Source of the DNA: an uncultured Clostridia bacterium
GTDB taxonomy: Bacteria; Bacillota; Clostridia; Christensenellales; CAG-917
NCBI GenBank assembly: GCA_963545485.1
Contig: CAUUJG010000001.1
Coordinates: 35,919-99,918 of the forward strand
DNA: 64,000 nucleotides
Direction of reading: 5' to 3'
How positions within the stretch are numbered: the stretch's first letter is position 1; each line of letters begins with the position of its first letter. The translations under genes and the position numbers were made by a program. The notes below the pieces were generated by a model. It made no database searches. It saw only the letters and a list, made by a program, of their open reading frames with translations, and was not told the origin of the DNA. Of this stretch, positions 47,423-55,617 are shown piece by piece.

Positions 47423-49438
47423 ATGAAAAAGACTTTTAAGTTGAGTATAATCTTATTTTTAATTTTTACAATGGCAGTAGCGGTATTAGGCTGCACCAAG
47501 AAGACGCCAGACAAAACAACAACGCCTGGGAAACAAACGGAACAAAATAAACCAGACAAAGTGGAAACATCAGAAGAGAAGAGAGATAAGGAAACAGAAT
47601 CGCTTTTTGACTTAACTTTACGCAATGATGGCAACTATGAAGTAAAGCTATATAAAGGAAACCAAAAAAAAGTAACTATACCAAGTGAATATAAGGGTAA
47701 GAAAGTAGTAGGTATAGAAAGTAATGCATTTGAGAATTCATCAATTGAATCTATTATAATACCAAGCACGGTAGAGAACATAGGAGATTATGCATTTTAT
47801 AAGTGTGATGCCCTACAAACAGTAACATTAAGCGAAGGATTAAAAGTGATTGGTTGCTTTGCATTTGCAGAGACATCAATAAGTACAATAACAATCCCAA
47901 ACACCGTAGAGGGAATCGTATCTGACACATTTAAAAATTGTAAAAAATTAAAATCAGTAACATTAAATGAAGGATTAGAATCGATAGGAAGGGGTGCGTT
48001 TAGTGGCACATCGATTAAAAAAATTACGATACCAAGTTCAGTAGCTTATATAGGCACTTCATTTGGTGATGCAAAAATAGAGGTTGTAGACTGGAATACC
48101 AAATATGAGGCTAGAGAAAATTGCTTAATTGAAAAAGCAACAAATAAAATAATCAGTGGTGGCAAATATTCACTGATACCAAATGGAGTTAAGGAGATTG
48201 GCGACTCGGCATTTGAAGGCACATCGGTAAAGGCAATAACAATGCCAAACACAGTAGAGAAGATTGAACGACATGCTTTTAAAGATTGCAAAGAATTAAA
48301 ATCAGTAACATTAAATGAAGGGCTAAAAGAATTAGGCGACGCAGTATTCAGTGGCACATCAATTGAGTCAATTACAATTCCTAGTACCCTAGAGGAGATT
48401 GCAGCCGAGACATTTAAGGGTTGTAAAGAACTAAAAACAGTAACATTACAAGAAGGGTTGAAATCGATAGGAAGACATGTCTTTGAAGATACATCAATAG
48501 GAACAATTACAATACCTAGCACAGTAAATGATATAGAGTCTTCACTTGGTGATGTTGAAATAAATGTTGTGGATGGCAACACAAAATATGAAGCTATAAA
48601 TAATTGTTTAATAGAGAAGTCTACGAAAAAACTAATCAGTGGTGGAAAATATTCAGTAATACCAGACGGAGTTAAGGAGATTAGCGACTCAGCATTTGAG
48701 GGCACATCGGTAGAAACAATAACAACACCAAGCACAGTAGAGAAGATTGAGAGATTCGCATTTTCAGATTGTAAAAAACTTAAAACAGTAACACTAAATG
48801 AGGGATTGAAATCTATAGAAAAGGGTGCATTTAAAGATACATCAATCGAAGAAATTATAATCCCTAGCACGGTAGATGATATACATTCTTCATTTGGAGA
48901 TGCGAAAATAAAGGTAACGGACGGAAATGTCAAGTATGAGGCTATAGATAATTGCTTAATTGAAAAAGCAACAAAGAAATTAATCAGCGGTGGCAAACAT
49001 TCTATAATGCCAGAAAGAATTAAAGAGATAGGCGAGCAAGCATTCTATGGGACATCAATAGAAAGAATTACAATACCAAGCACAGTAGAGAAGATTGGAA
49101 GATATGCATTTCACAATTGTAATAATCTGAAGACAGTGACATTGAATGAAGGATTAAAAACGATAGCAAGGGGTGCATTTAATGGCACATCAATAGAATC
49201 AATTGAAATGACAAGCACAGTAGAAAAGATTGAACGTTTTGCATTTTATGATTGTAAAAACCTAAGAACAGTAACATTAAATGAAGGACTAAAAGAGATA
49301 GACAGTGGTGCATTTAGGGATTGCGAGAATCTTGCTCAAATAAACTGTAATGTAAAGAAAAGTTATGTTGAAGCAAACAGAAGTAAATTTGAAGGGCTTA
49401 TTCAAAAAAAATCTATAATCAACTGGCTCAACGTCTAA
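47423..49438 (+). CDS. BspA-type leucine-rich-repeat surface lipoprotein
   Basis: Lipobox (VAVLGC) and a TTPGKQTEQ linker. This is followed by many LRR_5-type units (AFxxCxxLKxVTLNEGLKxIGxxAFxGTSIxxITIPSTVExI) arranged in larger super-repeats. Confidence 0.9.
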   Translation: MKKTFKLSIILFLIFTMAVAVLGCTKKTPDKTTTPGKQTEQNKPDKVETSEEKRDKETESLFDLTLRNDGNYEVKLYKGNQKKVTIPSEYKGKKVVGIESNAFENSSIESIIIPSTVENIGDYAFYKCDALQTVTLSEGLKVIGCFAFAETSISTITIPNTVEGIVSDTFKNCKKLKSVTLNEGLESIGRGAFSGTSIKKITIPSSVAYIGTSFGDAKIEVVDWNTKYEARENCLIEKATNKIISGGKYSLIPNGVKEIGDSAFEGTSVKAITMPNTVEKIERHAFKDCKELKSVTLNEGLKELGDAVFSGTSIESITIPSTLEEIAAETFKGCKELKTVTLQEGLKSIGRHVFEDTSIGTITIPSTVNDIESSLGDVEINVVDGNTKYEAINNCLIEKSTKKLISGGKYSVIPDGVKEISDSAFEGTSVETITTPSTVEKIERFAFSDCKKLKTVTLNEGLKSIEKGAFKDTSIEEIIIPSTVDDIHSSFGDAKIKVTDGNVKYEAIDNCLIEKATKKLISGGKHSIMPERIKEIGEQAFYGTSIERITIPSTVEKIGRYAFHNCNNLKTVTLNEGLKTIARGAFNGTSIESIEMTSTVEKIERFAFYDCKNLRTVTLNEGLKEIDSGAFRDCENLAQINCNVKKSYVEANRSKFEGLIQKKSIINWLNV

Positions 49439-49511
49439 AGCAAAAACAATGAAATAAAAACTACAAATAAGTGGATATGGTATGGATAACTTTTGATGCT
49501 CTCCACTAATA

Positions 49512-49559
49512 AGTTAAATATTTTTAACTATTGACAATGAAAAAAGTGGGGAGTAGGAT
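49512..49559 (+). promoter_or_regulatory. promoter of the tandem-repeat lipoprotein gene with an upstream palindrome
   Basis: AGTTAAATATTTTTAACT (49512-49529, perfect 7-bp arms), TTGACA (49531-49536), 17 nt, TAGGAT (49554-49559). Homologous to 47331-47378. Confidence 0.55.
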
Positions 49560-49591
49560 ATTTTTAATAATTTATTCATCAGAGGTACTTA

Positions 49592-52372
49592 ATGAAAAAG
49601 GGTATTAAGTTAAGTGTATTTTTAATTTTAATTCTTGTAATGGCGATTTCAGTATTTGGTTGTGCAAAGAAAACTCCTGACAAAACGACAACACCAGGGA
49701 AACAAACGGAACAGAAGAAACCAGACGAAGAACAAAAGAAACCTAATGAAGAAGAGAAGAAACCAAGCGAGGAAGAGAATAAGCCTAACATAAAAAAGAA
49801 AGTAAAAATTAAGTTTGCAATCAAAGGGCAAAATACATTTGGAGAGGAATACGAGAAGGCAGAAGGAACAGAAAGTGAATATGTCTCAAGCATTGAAAAG
49901 GAAGAAGGAGATACAGTTAAACCATCTGAGTTATTAGATATTGTCAAAGAAAAGATTAATGAAACGATCTATAACAAAGACGATATCTTATATAAACATG
50001 ATGGCGAAGAGATAAATGAAACACAACCAATTCAAGTCAAGTCACCAAATACAGTTATTGAATTCTACTTAAAAAGACAAATTAGAACAATTACCCTAGA
50101 CACAACACAAACTGTTAATATGTCCAATGTACAGGGTGCAGTAGAAATTGCAGATGGCAATAAAACACTTAAGTTTAGACATGGGTATAATTTTGTAGGA
50201 GACGAAACCCCAATGTTAGCAGATACAGAAGAATATGAATTCAAGGGATGGTTACAGGGTTCAAATGTGTACAAGTTTGACAATACAAATTCTGTAACAT
50301 CAAATGTAACATTGAGACCAAACATGAAGAATAAAATAGATATTAAATTCGTAATCAAGGGACAAAAGACATTTGGTGATGAATACGAGCAAGCAGAAGG
50401 TACTGACGCTGAATATGCTTCAAATATCAAAAAGAAAGAGGGAGAAACAGTTAAACCATCTGAGTTGTTAGATATTGTTAAAGAAAAGATAAATGGAACA
50501 ATTTACAACAAAGGCGATATGTTATGCAAACACGATGGTGAAGTGATAAGTGAAACACAACCAATTCAGGTCAAGTCACCTAACACAGTTATTGAATTTT
50601 ATGTTAAGAGACAAATTAGAACAATTACCCTAGACACAACACAAACTGTTAATACGTCCAATGTACAGGGTGCAGTAGAAATTGCAAATGACAATAAAAC
50701 ACTTAAGTTTAGACATGGATACAGTTTTGTAGGAGACGAAACCCCAATGTTACCCGATACAGAAGAATATGAATTCAAGGGATGGTTGCAGGGTTCAAAT
50801 GCGTACAAGTTTGACAATACAAATTCCGTAACAGCAGATGTGACATTGAGCCCAAATATGAAGAACAAGATAGAGATTAAATTTGTAATCAAGGGACAGA
50901 AGACATTTGGAGATGAATACGAGCAAGCAGAAGATACGCACGCTGAATATGTTTCAAATATCAAAAAGAAAGAGGGACAAACAGTTAAGGCATCTGAATT
51001 GTTAAATCTTGTTAAAGAAAAGATAAATGGAACAATATATAACAAAGGTGAAATGTTTTACAAACACGATGGTGAAGAAATAAGTGCAACACAGCCAATT
51101 CAGGTCAAGGCACTAAACACAGTTATCGAATTCTACGTCAATAGACAAATTAGAACAATTACCTTAGATACCACACAACCAGTTAATATTTCCAATGTAA
51201 AGGGTGCAGTAGAAATTGCAAATGACAATAAAATCCTTAAGTTCAGATATGGATATAATTTTGAAGGCGACGAAACCCCAATAATTGCAGGAACGGAAGA
51301 AGATGAATTTAATGGTTGGTTAAATGGTCAAGATATATATAGGTTTGGCAATCCAAATTTTGTAACAGAAGATGTAACATTGACACCTAATATGAGGAAG
51401 AGATACGCAACAGTAAACATCAATTTAAATGGATTAAGAGCAGAAGGCTTAGAATACGCAGACGGTGATATCTCAGGAAGTCCAGATTCAACGTGGACAA
51501 GAATAACAGTTAGGGTGCCATATGAGAAGTTCAAGAATGCAACGTATACATTAATTAACTTAAAGGCAAATAATGGAGTAGTTTGGTACAGCGAAATAAC
51601 GCAGAAGCAAGTAAGACAAACAGGTTATACAGGACAGACAACAATAAATGAAGCGGGACAAACATATGAAGTAACGGTGACATATGCAGAAGAGCCAGAA
51701 TCAATCTACAGAGGCATGTATCCACAAACGAAAGCCACATCAAGCGAGGTAGAGGGAACAACGACAACGCAAGAAGTAGCTAATAATGAGCCAAAGACAG
51801 GATATGGAAAGTTTAGTTATACAATAGCGTATAATAAAGGAATAAAATATGAATTGTTAGATAACCAATACTACAAATTTGAGCCAGTAGAATGGGAAGA
51901 ATTTCCACCAGAAGTAGAAACTAATAAGCAGTGGACAAAGAACACACTTGATGTATCTATCTTTGATAATGGACAGCCAAACAGCAATGTATACAGTGGG
52001 TCATACATAGAAGGATATCTAAGAATAATGGCACAGAAGATGCAAATTGACTATTCACTTTCATTACCAAAGTTAGGAGGCAACGACGCACTCCCATGGA
52101 ATACAGCCCTGACATACATTAACCAAAACACAGCTGCCGAAATCAAAGCGAAGCTAAAGTATAAAAAAGTAACAGACTACGCAACGGCAGTTTCAGGCAA
52201 TTACAAAACACTTAGAAACATACCATTTAATATCTATCGATATAGTGCTGAATTGACATGGTTAGGTACGCGTAACCAGGGTAGCAATACACATAGTTAT
52301 AATATCGACTATTACGGCACGCTCGCTAGTGAATATACTTATGATGTTCAAGGGTTGCGTGTAGCTAAGTAG
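49592..52372 (+). CDS. surface lipoprotein with three 178-aa tandem repeats and a distinct C-terminal domain
   Basis: Lipobox (ISVFGC), the same TTPGKQTEQ linker, a KKP/EE-rich spacer, and 3 x 178-aa repeats each ending in a Flg_new-like EYEFKGWLQG motif. The C-terminal region of about 320 aa is unassigned. Confidence 0.9.
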   Translation: MKKGIKLSVFLILILVMAISVFGCAKKTPDKTTTPGKQTEQKKPDEEQKKPNEEEKKPSEEENKPNIKKKVKIKFAIKGQNTFGEEYEKAEGTESEYVSSIEKEEGDTVKPSELLDIVKEKINETIYNKDDILYKHDGEEINETQPIQVKSPNTVIEFYLKRQIRTITLDTTQTVNMSNVQGAVEIADGNKTLKFRHGYNFVGDETPMLADTEEYEFKGWLQGSNVYKFDNTNSVTSNVTLRPNMKNKIDIKFVIKGQKTFGDEYEQAEGTDAEYASNIKKKEGETVKPSELLDIVKEKINGTIYNKGDMLCKHDGEVISETQPIQVKSPNTVIEFYVKRQIRTITLDTTQTVNTSNVQGAVEIANDNKTLKFRHGYSFVGDETPMLPDTEEYEFKGWLQGSNAYKFDNTNSVTADVTLSPNMKNKIEIKFVIKGQKTFGDEYEQAEDTHAEYVSNIKKKEGQTVKASELLNLVKEKINGTIYNKGEMFYKHDGEEISATQPIQVKALNTVIEFYVNRQIRTITLDTTQPVNISNVKGAVEIANDNKILKFRYGYNFEGDETPIIAGTEEDEFNGWLNGQDIYRFGNPNFVTEDVTLTPNMRKRYATVNINLNGLRAEGLEYADGDISGSPDSTWTRITVRVPYEKFKNATYTLINLKANNGVVWYSEITQKQVRQTGYTGQTTINEAGQTYEVTVTYAEEPESIYRGMYPQTKATSSEVEGTTTTQEVANNEPKTGYGKFSYTIAYNKGIKYELLDNQYYKFEPVEWEEFPPEVETNKQWTKNTLDVSIFDNGQPNSNVYSGSYIEGYLRIMAQKMQIDYSLSLPKLGGNDALPWNTALTYINQNTAAEIKAKLKYKKVTDYATAVSGNYKTLRNIPFNIYRYSAELTWLGTRNQGSNTHSYNIDYYGTLASEYTYDVQGLRVAK
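49799..51400 (+). repeat. 3 x 534-bp in-frame tandem repeat inside the lipoprotein gene
   Basis: Repeat units start at 49799, 50333 and 50867 (KVKIKFAIKGQ / KIDIKFVIKGQ / KIEIKFVIKGQ). Similarity between units is high at the nucleotide level. Confidence 0.9.
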
Positions 52373-52499
52373 GTGCATATTTTAAAAAACTGAATACGAC
52401 AAATAGTATGGGAAAAAATCAGGTTTACAAAAGTAATAATATAAGCATTTTATGAATATGGATGTCCTCATCGATGTCCATATTTTATTTCTCCAGATG

Positions 52500-52630
52500 A
52501 TCATTTACCATCATTCTAGGGTCTTTCCATTATGCCATCAAAAGAATCTTAATCGTCAAAACTAGGATGTGTAGGGAGGTGGCGATATTAGGGGTAAATT
52601 CAATATGATCAGATAGTATTGTAATCATGG
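52500..52630. repeat. direct repeat R, copy 2, abutting the 3' end of tRNA-His
   Basis: Same conserved blocks as 47024-47172. The final ATCATGG overlaps the encoded CCA of tRNA-His by 3 nt. Confidence 0.7.
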
Positions 52631-52705
52631 GGTGAATGGTGGGATTCGAACCCACGACCTCCAGGGCCACAACCTGGCGCGCTAACCAACTGTGCCACAT
52701 CCACC
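52628..52705 (-). tRNA. tRNA-His (anticodon GTG) with encoded G-1 and CCA
   Basis: Reverse complement GGTGGATGTGGCACAGTTGGTTAGCGCGCCAGGTTGTGGCCCTGGAGGTCGTGGGTTCGAATCCCACCATTCACCCCA. Anticodon loop TTGTGGC. The extra 5' G pairs with discriminator C. Confidence 0.92.
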
Positions 52706-52710
52706 ATTAA

Positions 52711-52787
<77 letters not shown>

Positions 52788-52792
52788 ATGAT

Positions 52793-52866
52793 TGGAGCGG
52801 GTGATGGGAATTGAACCCACGCAGCCAGCTTGGAAGGCTGGAATTCTACCACTGAACTACACCCGC
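52793..52866 (-). tRNA. tRNA-Gly (anticodon TCC), CCA encoded
   Basis: Reverse complement GCGGGTGTAGTTCAGTGGTAGAATTCCAGCCTTCCAAGCTGGCTGCGTGGGTTCAATTCCCATCACCCGCTCCA. Anticodon loop CTTCCAA. Confidence 0.92.
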
Positions 52867-52897
52867 AATAAAAAATGCACCGTTCAAATGCTTTGTA

Positions 52898-52927
52898 ATT
52901 CTAGCATGTAACGAGAAAAAAAGTCAA
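52898..52927 (-). promoter_or_regulatory. candidate promoter for the Gly(TCC)-Arg-His tRNA cluster
   Basis: The minus strand reads TTGACT (52927-52922), 18 nt, TAGAAT (52903-52898), about 30 nt upstream of tRNA-Gly(TCC). Confidence 0.45.
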
Positions 52928-52979
52928 AGAAAAATACATATTCGAAAGTGACCATAAATAGATATGTAAAGTATGTTTT

Positions 52980-53053
52980 TGGAGCGGATGATGGGAATCG
53001 AACCCACGCTACCAGCTTGGGAAGCTGAAGTTCTACCATTGAACTACATCCGC
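52980..53053 (-). tRNA. tRNA-Gly (anticodon CCC), CCA encoded
   Basis: Reverse complement GCGGATGTAGTTCAATGGTAGAACTTCAGCTTCCCAAGCTGGTAGCGTGGGTTCGATTCCCATCATCCGCTCCA. Anticodon loop TTCCCAA. Confidence 0.92.
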
Positions 53054-53232
53054 AAGAACTGTTGCTAGTATAGCATTTTATATAGATTCAGTTAAATAAA
53101 ATTAGTAACTCCTATATGTAGTGGAATAAGTGAAGAATTCAAAGAAGATTGTGCGAAGATATGGCACGATGGATATCTGCGAGAGATGTAAAATAGGTTT
53201 TTAGTTAAAAAATAAATAGCATAGTAAGTCCA

Positions 53233-53257
53233 TGTTTAGTATAATTAACTCAGTTAA
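53233..53257 (+). promoter_or_regulatory. -10 element plus palindrome upstream of the truncated lipoprotein paralog
   Basis: TGTTTAGTATAATTAACT aligns with 36793-36811. TATAAT at 53240-53245. Perfect palindrome TTAACT-C-AGTTAA at 53245-53257. No convincing -35. Confidence 0.35.
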
Positions 53258-53259
53258 AT

Positions 53260-54945
53260 TTGTGGAAGAATTTTGTGAAAAAGAGTAAGTTAGTAAGTTT
53301 AATATTTTTGTTTGTAATATTTATCTTTACATTGTCTGCATGTGGAAATAATCATGTTGGTACATTGAATTGCATTGTTGATGGAAGAATAAACCAAATT
53401 ATACAAGTGAATAGCAAAGGAGAATATGTAAGACCAGAGAATCCAAGATATAAAAGTGGTTATTTATTTAGTGGTTGGTATGAGGATGCAGAATATAAAA
53501 TTCCATTTGCGTCATTGCCAAGAAGATTTAGGGGTACAAAAAATATATATGCTAAATTTATACAACGACCAATTACTACAGTTGTAGATGGCGAATACAG
53601 CAAAATTGGTTCAGTTGACTTGAAAAGTTATAAACCTGAAAAAGAAGGATTAACTTTTGATGGATGGTATCTTGATGATAAGTATGAGACTGTATATAGC
53701 GGACAGGATGTAGATAAATTATATGGTCGATTTATGGCTAAAGTTATTTATACAAATGGATATGAAATATTAAGAGATGAACTTGTAATTCCTGGAACTT
53801 ATGCTGCTGAGCCTAAACATGATATGCAGTTTATAAAAAACTATATGGATGATGAGGATATTTCATTTTTTGTAAACGGTGAGAAATTTGATTTTGATAA
53901 GATGCCAGTAATAAGAAATGTGGAGATTACAGTTAAATGGAAAACTCCAGGATTGAAATATAAATTAATAGAAAATGGTAAATATGAAATAACAGAATTG
54001 CCAAAAAAAATTGGTAAAATAGATCCCGTTACTGGTGAATTATTATATCCTGTCTTATCATTTCTTTCAGAAGTTACTATGGATATAAATTCTAATAAAG
54101 TTATAAAACAGGTTATATCTGTTAACCTCAAAGGTAATCAGGCAATTTCGAAAGTTTCAAAGGTATTGGTTGGCGAAGGAATTAGATATATAAACAATCT
54201 TTCAGGAGATGCGTCAACGTTGGCACAAAATACAGAAGTGGTTTTGCCTTCAACCACCAAGATATTGGAAAATTCTTTTAATTATCTTTCTGCAAATTCA
54301 AAAATAAGTATACCAGAAGGAACTGAAGTAATAATGAATAGTTTTTGGAGAACAGACTATACACGAGGAGTTTCAGTCAACAAAAATAAAGTAAAGATAC
54401 CAGCAAGCGTAAAGAATTTAGCTCTTATGCCTTCAAATCTTGATTTCGCCGAAGGCAGCAAATTTATGATAGAAGACAACGCTATCTATAAAGATGAAGA
54501 TGGTGAGAAGATATTGATAACTATCGATTCAATTAAAAAAGGCGATAAACTTACAGTAAAGGAAGGCGTAACAGGAATACACGTAGGAGCTTTAATTATG
54601 CAAAATGTAGGGAATGGCATGTTGTTTGAGAGTATATCATTGCCATCTACATGGAAGAGTGTTGAGTATAATGAACAAGCATTGAAATATGAGTACTATA
54701 CAAATCCAAACAAATGGCTCGATGATGGAATAAGGCATGTTGCAGGCAGTGAGAATGGTGGAATAAATCATAGCGATGTGATGAATGCAATTATTTTAAA
54801 TTTACATCTTTTAACAGAATTAAAAATTAATATGACAAGATCTGAATTTGATTTGTTACCAATACCACCAAAAGTAATTTTTGATTCTAAAGAAAAACAA
54901 AATTTTTTACATATTGATTATGAGGATAAGGTAAAATTTTTATAA
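53260..54945 (+). CDS. surface lipoprotein, paralog of the N-terminal about 560 aa of giant lipoprotein 1
   Basis: Lipobox (FTLSAC). Collinear similarity to 36840..39908 (GYLFSGWYED, LTFDGWYLDDKYETVY, YGRFMAKVIYTNGYEILRDELV, KIPASVKNLALMPSNL). The start is uncertain: TTG 53260, or in-frame GTG 53275 preceded by GGAAG. Confidence 0.85.
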   Translation: MWKNFVKKSKLVSLIFLFVIFIFTLSACGNNHVGTLNCIVDGRINQIIQVNSKGEYVRPENPRYKSGYLFSGWYEDAEYKIPFASLPRRFRGTKNIYAKFIQRPITTVVDGEYSKIGSVDLKSYKPEKEGLTFDGWYLDDKYETVYSGQDVDKLYGRFMAKVIYTNGYEILRDELVIPGTYAAEPKHDMQFIKNYMDDEDISFFVNGEKFDFDKMPVIRNVEITVKWKTPGLKYKLIENGKYEITELPKKIGKIDPVTGELLYPVLSFLSEVTMDINSNKVIKQVISVNLKGNQAISKVSKVLVGEGIRYINNLSGDASTLAQNTEVVLPSTTKILENSFNYLSANSKISIPEGTEVIMNSFWRTDYTRGVSVNKNKVKIPASVKNLALMPSNLDFAEGSKFMIEDNAIYKDEDGEKILITIDSIKKGDKLTVKEGVTGIHVGALIMQNVGNGMLFESISLPSTWKSVEYNEQALKYEYYTNPNKWLDDGIRHVAGSENGGINHSDVMNAIILNLHLLTELKINMTRSEFDLLPIPPKVIFDSKEKQNFLHIDYEDKVKFL

Positions 54946-55026
54946 TATAAACATTGTAACAATTTTGCTTTTAATTAGTTATGGATTTAGTCGACTATAG
55001 TCTAAAAAATATCAATTGATTAGGAT

Positions 55027-55617
55027 TCATTTGTCGAAATGTTTTTCTAAAATAGGTAGCATTTTCATAAGTGCTGCGGCTCGATGACTGACTTTATTTT
55101 TTTCTTCAGACGAAGCTTCCGCAAAACTTTTTTTTAGCACATTAGAAAAAAATAATGGATCATACCCGAATCCGTTAGTACCTTTAGGCTCTGTTAATAT
55201 ATAGCCTTCAGCAGTTCCTGAAGTGTGAAATTCGCTGCCATCAGGGAAAACAAGAGCAAGGCATGTTTCAAAGTATGCATGTCGATTTTTTTCTCCTTTG
55301 AGGTTATCTAAAAGAAGTGCATTATTTTTTTTAGTATCGCATTCGGCTCCTGCATATCTTGCAGAATATACTCCAGGAGCTCCATTAAGGGCATCTACAA
55401 TGAGTCCGCTGTCATCTCCAATAGCAGCACAGTTTGTCAGTTTATTAATGGTTCTGGCTTTGATAAGAGCATTTTCAAAAAAAGTTGTACCAGTTTCGGG
55501 AATTTCTTGATGTATATTTTTTTCATTAAGAGTTGTTATATTGCTAAAGTATTTGCCTAATATTGCTCTTATTTCTTTAATTTTGTTTTGATTATTACTT
55601 GCTATTACCAATTCCAT
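55027..55617 (-). CDS. rdgB: XTP/dITP diphosphatase (RdgB/HAM1 family)
   Basis: ELVIASNNQNKIKEI start and FGYDPLF motif. 196 aa. Confidence 0.92.
   Translation of the reverse strand: MELVIASNNQNKIKEIRAILGKYFSNITTLNEKNIHQEIPETGTTFFENALIKARTINKLTNCAAIGDDSGLIVDALNGAPGVYSARYAGAECDTKKNNALLLDNLKGEKNRHAYFETCLALVFPDGSEFHTSGTAEGYILTEPKGTNGFGYDPLFFSNVLKKSFAEASSEEKNKVSHRAAALMKMLPILEKHFDK

Noticed and set aside
48046-48996. 316-aa minus-strand ORF inside the LRR lipoprotein gene
   Set aside because: This is an antisense shadow of a highly repetitive coding region. It has no start context, and its product is low-complexity Ser/Phe/Ile-rich. The sense frame gives clean LRR_5 repeats.
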